From Cirrosporium novae-zelandiae (taxonomy: Eukaryota): a stretch of 64,000 nucleotides of DNA. The notes beneath the pieces were generated by a model. It saw nothing but the letters and a program-made list of their open reading frames with translations, was not told where the DNA came from and searched no databases. Below, piece by piece: positions 23,601-34,061 of the stretch. The stretch's first letter is position 1, and every line of letters begins with the position of its first letter. Both the position numbers and the translations under genes were made by a program. The stretch spans positions 1 through 64,000 of the forward strand of contig JAPETS010000008.1 in assembly GCA_026023565.1 (NCBI GenBank). The letters run 5' to 3'.

Positions 23601-24725
23601 GGGGCCCTGCCTGGATCGCCCTAGTAGAAGTAGCATGCGAAAACCGTCATCTCCCTCAATATTCGTACATCTGCCGGATTGTATAGATCCCAAGTATGCC
23701 TCGGCACCTTCAGCACTTAGTGAAGGCTCTCCAAAAGACACGTTGGCAACATGGCAAGAAGATGTAGAGACCGAAATTTCTGAATCATACATGAGAGGTA
23801 GGAGTATTGGTGCGTTGTAGGTATTATATCCCTGCCAACTGCTGATGTTGACAGTTCCATTTTCACACTCTAGATCAACAGAAAAACCATCTACCACAGC
23901 CTGTAGGGTTGAGTTTGAAAGCAATTTTGATGAATTGAAGCTCTGGAAAGCATAATCTTCATTCGTGCCTTGGGGGTATGACATGTTGAGACTTTGAATC
24001 CCATTTACTACATAATAAGGCATATTTCCGACAGACGCAAGGCTGGCCAGATTATCTGCGTTATCATTAAAACCATTTGAAGCGATGAATGGGACATTTT
24101 CTAATTTGACAACCATATTGTCCAAGCTAAGCAGGCCGGTCGAGAAGATAATCAAAAGGTTTATTAGAAGAGAGCTCATGACAGCCAAGGCAACCAAATG
24201 GCGACCATGTTTGAAAGCATCAAAGATGGTCCCAGGCGGTGTGCTGGAAATATAGTCCGCAAGTAGACTTGTTTCTGCTGGTGTTGGGCCTTGGGCCATT
24301 GCCATCCATGGCGCCAACTGTTTTGCTCGATATTCGAGACGTGCCCAAAACGCTGCGACCAGGGTAAGTATAGCAGTTGGGCCATAAGTCCAGAGATAAT
24401 GTTTGCTTTGGTCAGACGTCGTCAAGCCTTGGTGATGGTTTGAAATCTGATAGAGGACTTCGAGCGCTATCAACATAGCTATAAAAATGGTAATAAATAC
24501 GCACAATATGCGTCGACGAAGTAGAGCTGGACGCCATTTTGGTATAACGCCATCCTTAGTCTTCACTTCTAATAGAGTTGAACTTGATTGTAGGTCGACT
24601 TGACTATGAGTAGTTTGTGATTGCGTTTCGTGGGTGAACCTTTTCGATTTTTGCGTAGGAAGAAGTTGTAGGGCTTGATACCGTGACTGGGGGATTTTCT
24701 TGGTCCAGGATTTCCAACGATCCAT
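20625..24725 (-). CDS. DUF3433-family multi-pass membrane protein (1366 aa, intronless)
   Basis: Two repeated TM modules (LW.Y.P..I / P.SI..LA..LA.S) with N-glycosylation-rich loops. Confidence 0.85.
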   Translation of the reverse strand: MDRWKSWTKKIPQSRYQALQLLPTQKSKRFTHETQSQTTHSQVDLQSSSTLLEVKTKDGVIPKWRPALLRRRILCVFITIFIAMLIALEVLYQISNHHQGLTTSDQSKHYLWTYGPTAILTLVAAFWARLEYRAKQLAPWMAMAQGPTPAETSLLADYISSTPPGTIFDAFKHGRHLVALAVMSSLLINLLIIFSTGLLSLDNMVVKLENVPFIASNGFNDNADNLASLASVGNMPYYVVNGIQSLNMSYPQGTNEDYAFQSFNSSKLLSNSTLQAVVDGFSVDLECENGTVNISSWQGYNTYNAPILLPLMYDSEISVSTSSCHVANVSFGEPSLSAEGAEAYLGSIQSGRCTNIEGDDGFRMLLLLGRSRQGPTVPYVSGKVITNISSISSSTEYTNTTNMTLVRSTQLICKPTYAINRLSVVMNGTESSSNNVNVSLISNTTSRTISNVHGSDISQAFFDSFDNSIWEASKYNVISENPDVSDTMFDLAREQMPDLQLTDFFDLNILKEASLKAYRKLCAQIAKRTLLKSKSSSIVGTAWVSENRLVVQSLSVRLMESILAVLLAFALVMAILTPSDGVVSHDPGSIGGLAHILARSPDVTQSLSGMGSSSMKAISRHISGHRYQTITSSKEDLQMFGISLAYRLDPEIEQNKGPNRSSEGPIKWWHPFSVTIYARILLLAIIIAIIIALELVLRQSQHHNGLADVDFDGYTHYIWSYIPALVMLGIATLFNMVDFSTKIFAPYSMMKSSIVSSQKTLSVNFLEKMTPHALWDSLKLGYYAVFATALGSLLGSYLTIIVSGVYTTENVPYTQPMTLQRLDWFNQSSHSSSSNADAAMIAGLVVEANLSYPSWTYKEFAFPKLSILSSSNESVANQTSPDSFTTTLDIQLPAIRSTLNCTLYQGTEQLSVNTRKAQSSTGTTPLAAIHAYYPGSQEQINIYTARDSIFGQALDGTSSSGGSYWWGSVSDYKVTKISALNCDESTSQVDVAVRFSLPDLEISSSHPPTAIESTAKHFSSAVLSSIELYLPNISTTTSTSTTFTNFFSLLLASNNNVTLSTLSTSSSDNTITTAIKSLHSIIRAQQYNVDIRDSNPNLNLTNASLPLKNLTGTSTSKSTSTSTSTTNSHLRLRLIQNAAPTRVLEVLLALLFLTALVAPLLMRTRRVLPKNPCSIAAVASFIAGSGVGGEGEGVWERKEVVMGWFGDGDGEEEGGGRKERRFGIGFADGDGDGYGDDDGDSGRGVRRSVSDYNDDNDDNDDHNHNYNEYTNPNNDDYDYNQNPNPNPNSTSRSPSLSLSIPPSRSRTPQAQAQAPHAETQAEAQSEQRSPVSPIGSFENRNRNGDGDGDGTYYDDDGRGTVSTMTM

Positions 24726-25509
24726 CCTTTCAACGCAATATGCAATTAAATATTAAGAATTTATCAAAGAGCAAATAACAAAGTATCCAAGGAAATGTAG
24801 ATAAAATGGACATTAGAGACGTCCAGCAGCCTTATTACTTACTGCAAAGGCTGAGGCTGCGCATCCTTCAAATTTGAGCGGGCAGTGATTTAGCACTTTT
24901 TTGTTGTAGCGCGACTATGCAGAGAATAAGGTCCAGCTCCTACCAACAGCTAGTTATAGCCTTCTTTCTATGTGGGGGATAGAGGCGAAGCCATATGCTT
25001 CTGGTGGTTAGAGCATTCCTGGAGTTTATAGGATTCCTGAGAAGGATCAGGATCCCTGATTTTGTTAACATGTTACAGTAATAATAGCTGGCGTAGACTT
25101 GGCAGCGTTGTACACCAGCAAACGAAAAGTATCATGAATCATGACTGTTGTTCTTAAGCCAAATGATTTCCAGACACCAGAATTCAGAATGTATGGATAG
25201 AATATACTCAGTAGAATGAATATTTAGCGTTCTAGAAGATTAAGTTATTCAGTACCTACCTTAGTACCTAGTCTACTTGAATTGACTGCAAGGAACAATG
25301 ATGCTGCACGTGCTTGATTACCTACAATAAGCAGGGCACATCACGTGCTCTGTAGGATGATGTAGCTTCTTGGCGTTCTTGGGTAAGCAAATTTACAAAA
25401 CTTTGATTGGCAAATTATTCATGCTCGTCAATGAAACACCTTGAGCCAAAGGACAGCCAACCCGACATCGTACCTTTCCATTATTTTTCTCAGCCCATCC
25501 AACAGCCAA

Positions 25510-26663
25510 ATGGAGGCGGCCACTTTAACAGCCCGCGAGGCCCTTTCGGGCATCACTGGTTCTATCTCCATCGCGTGCTGGATCTTTCTCATGGTGAGTG
25601 CCGAACAATTCACGCGCAAAGTAGCTACTGGTTACAAGTCTGATTTCAAGCTCCTAGGTACCCCAGTTGATCGAGAACTATAAGAATGGCAGCGCCGAGG
25701 GTCTATCCCTAGCTTTTTTATTTACCTGGTTTGTTGGTGATCTTACCAACCTCTTTGGTGCTTTCTGGGCTGGCCTTGTCCCGACCGTCATAGCTATCGC
25801 CGTGTACTTTTGCTTTGCAGACTTGATCCTAATTTCGCAATGCATATACTACAAGATAAAAAATGGCAGGAAAGATGCAAGACTCGCTTCTGCACATACA
25901 GATTCAAATGATCCCCATCAACCGCTGCTTGGTCCTAGACATAAAAGCAGTAATGCTAGCCTGCCGGGTACAAGACGCAGGTCTTCGGCTTCCACACACC
26001 GTCGACCCAGTCATACATCAAGAAGGGATTCATTGACAGAATTGCTTGAAGAAGACAGCCCTCAAAAGTTACTGATCAAGAATATTGCTAGTATTCTGCT
26101 AGTTTGCGCTGCTGGAGCTGCCGGGTGGGCGATTGCCTGGAAGTCAGGTGCATGGACCCCAACACCAACAGATAATGATGCCGGTAGCTCCGAAACCCCT
26201 ATCGGTGCCGAGATTCTGGGATATATTAGTGCCGTTTGTTATCTTGGGTACGTTGATGATATGCATCATGGGTGAACTGATAGCTGACCATTCATCAGGG
26301 CAAGAATCCCGCAGATTATAAAGAATTGGCGAGAACATTCCTGTGAAGGTTAGTTCTCTGTCGCTGCTTGACCTTCTCGTAATCTAATGTGATGATAGGC
26401 CTCTCCTTACTGTTCTTCATTCTATCGTTGCTGGGCAACGCCACTTACGGGGCAGGGGTAAGTAATTCAAAGCCACATAGAAAAGACAAGCCATTAACAT
26501 AAACTAGATTCTATTTCACTCCACGGAGAAAGACTACTTTCTCACAAACCTACCATGGCTTATTGGAAGCCTAGGAACAATGGCCGAAGATGTAACCATA
26601 TTTGCGCAATTTCATATTTACCGGGAGAATACAGCAAAGGCAGATACAGCGGCTATAATTTGA
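25510..26663 (+). CDS. PQ-loop vacuolar cationic amino-acid transporter (Ypq/PQLC2-like), 5 exons
   Basis: SIACWIFLM|VPQLIENYKNGSAEGLS; second repeat ARIPQIIKNWREHSCE|GLSLLFF; LPWLIGSLGT. Confidence 0.92.
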
Positions 26664-26885
26664 ACTTCAAGTCTTTTGCGATTTATGATACCCATAGGTT
26701 GATATTGGGTACCGCTTCGTCTACTTCATGTAAAATAATTCATTTCAACAGTAGACATGGTGTCATAGCGGCAATGCCGTTTGCTCTCTCTCCGAACCTC
26801 GTAGCCAGAGATCCCTTCTGTCTGCGCCCAACCCTACATCCGCACGAGATATCGAATAGTGAAGAAATTAAAGGGAAAAAACCGT

Positions 26886-27410
26886 TTAGTCGAAGAGACC
26901 GAAGCCCATATCCTCGTCGGACTCTTCCTTCTCTGTAAGCGCAATAGTTAGTATTGGAGTGATATACGACTCTGGGCGTGTCATGATGCGACAAATGTGG
27001 GGTAGACATACCCTCTTCTTTTTCTTCCTTTTTCTCCTCAGCTGGAGCCTCAGCACCACCGGCAGCGGCAGCACCACCAGCGGCGGGAGCAGCACCACCG
27101 CTGGAGCTGCCAACATTTAGGAGCATGTCCTTAATATCCTTGCCATCGAGAGCCTAGTTGAATGCGTAAGCCATTTGTTCCAACCTACGACTGGGCGCAC
27201 ATACTTTGGCGAAAAGAGTAGTCCATATTGGTTCAACATCGTGGATGTGAGCGGCACCGATGAGGGTCTGGAGTTTCTCGGCCTTGAAATGGTCAGTTGT
27301 AAATTCCAAAATGGTACAGGTACATTTGAAGGAAAACGAACAGTGATTTCAACACCGTCATCGGCGAGGATGAGGGCAGCGTAAGAAGCAGCGTGCTCAG
27401 CTTTTGACAT
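26886..27410 (-). CDS. RPP1: 60S acidic ribosomal protein P1 (4 exons)
   Basis: [23 protein letters not shown]...[13 protein letters not shown]...[13 protein letters not shown]. Confidence 0.97.
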
Positions 27411-27848
27411 TTTGAATAATTATCGTAGGGGGTTGTTCGGAGAAGGAGAATGGTGGAGTTGCTGTCGCTGCGAGATATTTCAAGCTCTGAGGATGAAGGT
27501 CAATGAGTAAATGATGGATTTGTGTGAGCAAGGGCTTCGCTTAATTAACCTGATTAGGATTAAAGGCTTCTCGCTGCTTGTGCTTGTGCTCGTTATCGGC
27601 CAAGTCGGAAGTCGGAGAGTCGGACAGTGCCAAGCTGTAGGACGTTGAGGGGTGCCGGCCGAAGGTGTTTTGATGATGTTCGATGATCGGAAGATCCCCG
27701 CTCCCTCCTACGTCGTACTACTTAGTAGACCTGCATAAACTTGATAGAGCACCGGCTTGACGGATCTCACAAGTCAAAAAGATCCAACCTCTTAGCAGCT
27801 CTTTTAACTAACTACGAACTTTGGAAATTTCCGTATAGACGTTGCAGA

Positions 27849-29552
27849 ATGGACGCCGCCCTCGCAGTAAAGGCGCCAATAGATCCTAAAGAGCAACCTA
27901 TCCTTGATCAGCTTATCGGTATCCGGGACAAACTACTGGTTCACAAGCAAGACAAATCTACCTACATCAAATCACGGGACATTATACCGATTTTTGATGA
28001 GTGTGTTGAGCAACTACGTTTGTTGACTGAAATACGACCTGCTCTCGCTCAGACATCCCAACAACAATATGGTTAGAGATAAGGCTGCAAGTTTATTCAA
28101 GAAAGATAACTAACTCGGTTTGCAGTAGCTGATACCGTCCTGGATGATTGCTTCCAGCTTATATCTTTATTCTTCTTGACCATAGGAAGAAACAATGAAG
28201 CTCCGGCCATGTATGTTTACCATTAATGTCTGAAATTATTACAAGATGCTCACATGCCTACTAGCTATTCTATTACCTCTACTCTCAAAGTATGATTCCT
28301 TATTTATTCGAAATTTCCTTTTTGCATTCTGACAATTATTAGCGTCTGGTGGATCACTTGAAGGAGTCAGGGGTCTTCTCTAGCAAAGACCTTGAGTCTG
28401 GGTTGAGGACACTGGAGTCGATGGAATGTACTATGCAGAGAGGGAAAGGCACCTATGCCCCTGAGTTCTTAGTACTGATTCAACGTCGCTTGGATATTTG
28501 CCGCTCTAGCACAGTTACACTACTAGCACAGTTGGAGGAAGTCTCGAGAGAATTGTTACCGACTCACGAACGATTGGTGTCCATATTACGGTCGATATCT
28601 TCATGCAACACTCGACAAAAGGTGATTTATCCATGAAATTCAAAATATGCATCTTATTGTTGACTGGTTTTAGTTCCCCGTGGGAGAGGTAAAAGCCTTC
28701 CAAGACCAACTTAGGCAGATGGAGGCTACCATGGTCGATGGCAAGTTTATTGGAGAAAATGGCACAATTCCGCATGGTCAAGAACTTGTTGGAGATCTCC
28801 TGAAAAGGTGTTTGTACTGGTCCGATATGGTTCTCGAGAGGTAATGCTGAAATTCTGTTGTCATGTCAGGTTGCTGATTAGTGTTCAATAGAAAAGGGAA
28901 AATCGATGAACAATTTAAAGAACCATACGATAAGCTGTGCGATGTCCGGAATCAGTTAGAGAAGCTATCTCTGACCCAAGCATGGTCACTCCGAGAGACG
29001 GACCTTTGGAGTTATCAGCAAACACTTGATCAGATTGACGAGTCTCGCGTTGATGGTAATTTCTTGGGATCCGACGGGAAACCAGCTGAACTACATGCTC
29101 AAAGGGTTGGTTTCATTCAGACTTCAGTTCATCATTTCCAGCTCAATAGCTAACCGCGAGTAGACACTTCTCTATCTTTTACGGCGGAGTTATGCATATA
29201 TTTATAGCTTGCTCATATCCTCAGAACCGGTTTCGGAAGCACTTCAACCTGTATTCAACCAACTACAGACCTTGCGAAGATGTCTGATTGAGGTCAAAAA
29301 ATCAGGAGGCGTTTCAAATCCCCGTGAACTCTACCCATATAGCATGAAGGTTAGTCTGCGCCTGTTAGGGATCATCCGAATTTTGCTAACCCCCCTAAGC
29401 TTACATCCATTGACAACATGCGCGTGGATGGGAAATTCATGGTAGGAAGCGACATACCAGAAGGGCAAGGGTGTGTGAACGATCTACTTGCAGAATGCTT
29501 TGACTTGGTTTATGATTTACGACTGGAAGCCGAAGATGGTGCGGACGAATGA
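27849..29552 (+). CDS. DUF2408 / Cub1-like conserved fungal protein (multi-exon)
   Basis: DPKEQPILDQL..KQDKSTYIKS; LSLTQAWSLRETDL; SSEPVSEALQPVFNQLQTLRRCL; RELYPYSMK; IPEGQG. Confidence 0.85.
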
Positions 29553-30162
29553 ATTTACGAATGGACTTGGCGCTGGGACATGGCACAACATGGCATTGGC
29601 GATTTGACATGGGTGTTTGGCGCCCTGATGTGCTAAGAGTACAGGTAATTAAGGGCACGGAAGCAGATTTTCGTCAGGGCCAGGCGTTGAGCGCCAGGAT
29701 GCAGTTAATTTTTTTTTTACTGTCTTCCTAAATTTAAGCTATTCTGACTGCTAGCTGTAGATACTGTAGGTGTGCTTACAGTAATTAATGATAAAATGAA
29801 GGTTCAATCCCAAAATGGCAACTCGATACTGTGGCATTATTAGTTAGTTAGTCAGAATATCTGGACCAACCATTAGGAAGATAAAAAAGGTTAGTAATGA
29901 AGATGATATTTGAAATAAAAAATAAAAATAAAAAATCTTGAGCTTTGATTCAAGGTCCAATGAAGAGGAAAGTCTCAGTAGATGGTGGGTGGAATCGGTG
30001 GAATCGGCCGAACGCCCTAGCACCCAGTCGCATCAAATCCAGCATAGATATACCTCCTACTAATTACTATCCCATGCTTTTTTCTTCTTTATTTCTCTTC
30101 TCTTCCCGAGGACTTCTTCGTCTTCCAGTATTTTTGGCGGCCATGAGATCAATTCCACAAAC

Positions 30163-32694
30163 ATGAGGTTCCCACAATTGCACAATGGTAGAAATGCCAT
30201 GCGATTGGTATGCTTCTACCTTTTTTTCCAAGCTCCGATATTCGCTTCCCACCACATCTTCTCTCTTTATACCTGACTCATAATTTTTACTAACTAATCT
30301 CAAATTTCGTAGTACAATGCTTCGTCTAGGATTTTGTCAATTCGACGATTAGCAACTGAAGCATCCTCGTTTTCTCCAGTTAAATCTACTATCGCCGCGA
30401 GAACCCCACCATATCATCAAATTCTCGAGAAACTAGGTGAGGTGCGGCGCATATTGGGGTCTACCAGGTATCTAACCCTGGCCGAGAAAATTCTATATTC
30501 TCACCTTGACAATCCTGAAGAGTCCCTTCTCTCAGATACAAACAATGGGTCAAATATCAGAGGAAGAGCCAATCTCAAGCTCAAGCCAGATAGGGCCGCT
30601 ATGCAAGATGCCTCGGCACAGATGGCTTTACTACAATTCATGAGTTGCGGATTGCCTTCTACAGCTGTACCAGCCAGCATACATTGCGATCATATGATTG
30701 TGGGAGAAAAAGGAGCAGATACTGATCTTCCCAACTCAATTGAAGGAAACAAGGAAGTCTTTGATTTCTTGGAATCTGCTGCTAAAAAATATGGAATTGA
30801 ATTTTGGCCGCCAGGAGCTGGTATTATTCACCAGACTGTCTTGGAAAACTACTCCGCTCCGGGTTTGATGATGCTGGGAACCGATAGTCATACCCCAAAT
30901 GCTGGTGGGTTGGGTGCAATTGCCATTGGTGTCGGCGGAGCAGATGCCGTAGATGCTTTGGTTGATGCTCCCTGGGAACTTAAAGCACCAAAGATTCTAG
31001 GAGTCAGGCTTGAAGGAGAACTGAGTGGCTGGGCTTCTCCAAAGGATGTCATACTAACTCTTGCCGGCAAGCTGAGTGTTAGAGGTGGCACTGGCTCTGT
31101 TGTCGAATACTATGGCCCAGGCGTCGAAACATTGAGTGCCACTGGAATGGCAACTATTTGCAATATGGGCGCTGAAGTTGGTGCAACTACATCTATATTT
31201 CCTTTCTCTCCTAGTATGATACCCTACCTTGAAGCAACTCATCGTGGTGAGATTGCTCGGCAGGCTGCCGCCATCGCTTCTGCTCCAGACATGGGAAACC
31301 TCCTAAATCCCGACGCTGGTGCTGAGTATGATCAGGAAGTGGTTATCAACCTCTCAACTCTTGAACCTCACATCAACGGACCTTTCACACCGGACCTCTC
31401 AACCCCTATCTCGAAGTTTAAGGACGTCGTTAAAGCAAACGGCTGGCCCACTGAGTTTGGTGCCGGCCTCATCGGCAGCTGCACCAACAGCTCCTACCAA
31501 GATATGACTCGCGCAGAGGATCTTGTCAAACAAGCCTCTGCCGCAGGCCTCTCCCCAAAGTCTGACTTTTTTATTACTCCTGGTAGTGAGCAGATTCGTG
31601 CAACTCTCGACCGCGATGAAACATTATCCACCTTCTCATCCGCAGGCGGTACCGTCCTCGCCAACGCCTGCGGCCCTTGCATTGGTCAATGGAAGCGTAC
31701 TGACAATGTCGAAAAAGGAACGTCGAACGCGATCCTCACCTCTTATAACCGAAACTTCCCTGGGCGCAATGATGGAAATAGACAAACCATGAACTTCTTA
31801 GCGTCCCCTGAAATTGTTACTGCAATGGCATACTCTGGCTCCACATCCTTCAACCCTCTTACCGATACCATCCCAACACCATCCGGTGAACCTTTCCGAT
31901 TTTCCCCTCCTACTGGAACTGCTCTCCCAGCCGTTGGCTTCGAAATCGGAAACCCTGCTTTCCAGCCTTCTGTCCCGATCCCAGACTCTACCTATCCCGT
32001 TGCTGTTTCTCCGACATCAGACCGACTTGCTCTCCTCGAACCATTTCCTCCCTTCCCTGAAGGTGATATTCCAAAGCTTCGTGTTCTTTATAAGGTAAAA
32101 GGCCAATGCACAACCGACACCATCTCAGCTGCAGGCCCTTGGCTCAAATACAAGGGCCATCTTCCAAACATTAGCGCCAATACGCTCATTTCTGCTGTCA
32201 ATGCCAAGACTGGTGAAGTAAACGTTGCTTATGATGTTGATGGGTCCAAGACCACCATTCCCGAACTTGGTGCCAAATGGAGAGATCAAGGCGTTCCTTG
32301 GCTCGTGGTCGCCGAAGATAACTATGGTGAAGGTTCTGCTCGTGAACATGCTGCTCTTCAGCCTCGGTATCTGGGAGGCCGTATAATTCTTGCAAAGTCT
32401 TTTGCGCGAATTCACGAGACCAACCTAAAGAAACAGGGGGTCGTTCCCCTGACATTCCATGATAAGGCCGATTACGATCGCATTGATGCGTGCGATGAGA
32501 TTAGGACAATCGGTTTGTACGATGTTTTGAAGAATGGAGGTGAGGGTGAAGTGCTACTAGAAGTTAAAAAGAAGAATTGGGATGATTTCATGATCAGGAC
32601 CAAACATACATTAAGTAAGGACCAGTGCAAGTTTATCTTGGCGGGAAGTGCTTTGAATTTGCTTGCAAAGAAGGGATCGACTACCACTGCATAA
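30163..32694 (+). CDS. ACO2: Mitochondrial aconitase family protein, Aco2/AcoB type (intron 30208-30312)
   Basis: Arg/Ser-rich presequence MRFPQLHNGRNAMRL|YNASSRILSIRRLA; MQDASAQMALLQFM, HCDH, DSHT, GSCTN, NACGPCIGQW, GEGSAREHAAL. Confidence 0.92.
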
Positions 32695-33391
32695 AAAATG
32701 GTAAAGGTTGATGATATGCATTATGTAAGATGAAAAAGATAGCTAACGCTTGAAAATCAAATGGTGATACGAGTTTCCTTTTTTAGCCTGTTATTTGCTA
32801 GCTTTAGGTTTATTATGTAGATGAGACCTACTATACCAATCTATTAGTTTGAATGCGTGGCCTGATGAACGAATCCCTTTTCTTTACAAACATAAATGAG
32901 GAAACGATGAAAAATATAGCTACTTTGGTAAATATGCCTTTCCGTAGTTTTCATTGGCTATCCATAATCAACATCAGGACGTCAATCCCACAATGAATTT
33001 ACAAATCTATAGTACGAAGCCATAATGAATCAAAGCCATCAAACCAACCTTATGACACTCGCATGGATCCTAGTATGTTGATGGCTGATTGTTGGCTTTA
33101 AAAATAACAAATTACTAGCAATGCTTGCCTTCAACGCTGAAGTTGACCATTCTCCCGTCCTGTCCCATATTCTATACTTTAACTTTCTTCATATTCTAGC
33201 TGTCTCCTACGTTTCGGGAGGTCTTTTCTCCATCAATTTTATCTGTATGATGAGTATGTCGGATTGTTAAGTTCTGTGCCAACCCAGTTATTACCTGCAT
33301 CTAGTGATTACAATGCGAATTTCTGAAATTTCAGAAGCAAAACATCATCCCATTTGAATTCTAAGAGACGAAGGAAAAAATTGATACCTAC

Positions 33392-33918
33392 ATGTATGCA
33401 ATTTCTGAGGCCCCAATGGTCAAAGGAACTGTTGACTTGGTTTGGAAGACTTTAGTGGATCTCGGAGCTCGCACGCCATCGACCTGGATAATTGTCACAC
33501 ATCCCGACACATTTGACTTCAACACCTACTTCTTCAATGAATATTTACTGATGCAAGATGTGAGGATTAATGACCCTTCTGCTGCATCAATCATAGGCTG
33601 AGACTAGGACCTGTTATCTGGATCTTGTTGCTATTTGATCAATATGCCTTGGCCTGGCGTTATGGCGTCAACATACTTGTAGATAAGATGTTGAAGATAA
33701 TTTTGGCATCGCAGGAAGTCTCGTACGAACCCATCACAGCTTGCCGGTTACATATCCCCAATTATATGACCCTGCTTGAGGAACGCACAGGAGTGGAGTT
33801 GACAGCTCTACGACATTTTCTTGACTCGAAGCTTGATAAGCACATCATCATAAGCAAAGATGTAATGATTGCCATCTATGCAGGTCCACCCCTGGACACC
33901 AGCCGTCAACCAGGATAG
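33392..33918 (+). pseudogene. Possible decayed gene fragment (BTB-like helical motif)
   Basis: Two adjacent ORFs in different frames; LFDQYALAWRYGVNILVDKML resembles a BTB C-terminal helix. Confidence 0.25.
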
Positions 33919-33928
33919 AAAAAGATAA
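33614..33928. promoter_or_regulatory. HGATAR cluster (possible AreA/NIT2 sites) upstream of the urea transporter
   Basis: TTATCT 33614, AGATAA 33681 and 33695, TGATAA 33834, AGATAA 33923. DUR3/ureA genes are known nitrogen-catabolite-regulated genes. Confidence 0.35.
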
Positions 33929-34061
33929 TCCCCCTACCTCGGTGGTCTAAATACTAGCAAGTGCGATCTCCAATTCCCCAGTATATCTAGGTCTATGCGA
34001 CCCAGCAACTTAATTAGAGCTTCTATATGTGGGATTTGACAGGAAGTATATCAAGCTTAAA

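Noticed and set aside
25307..25347. Two CACGTG E-boxes upstream of the PQ-loop gene
   Set aside because: Plausible, but the factor cannot be assigned and hexamers are common.
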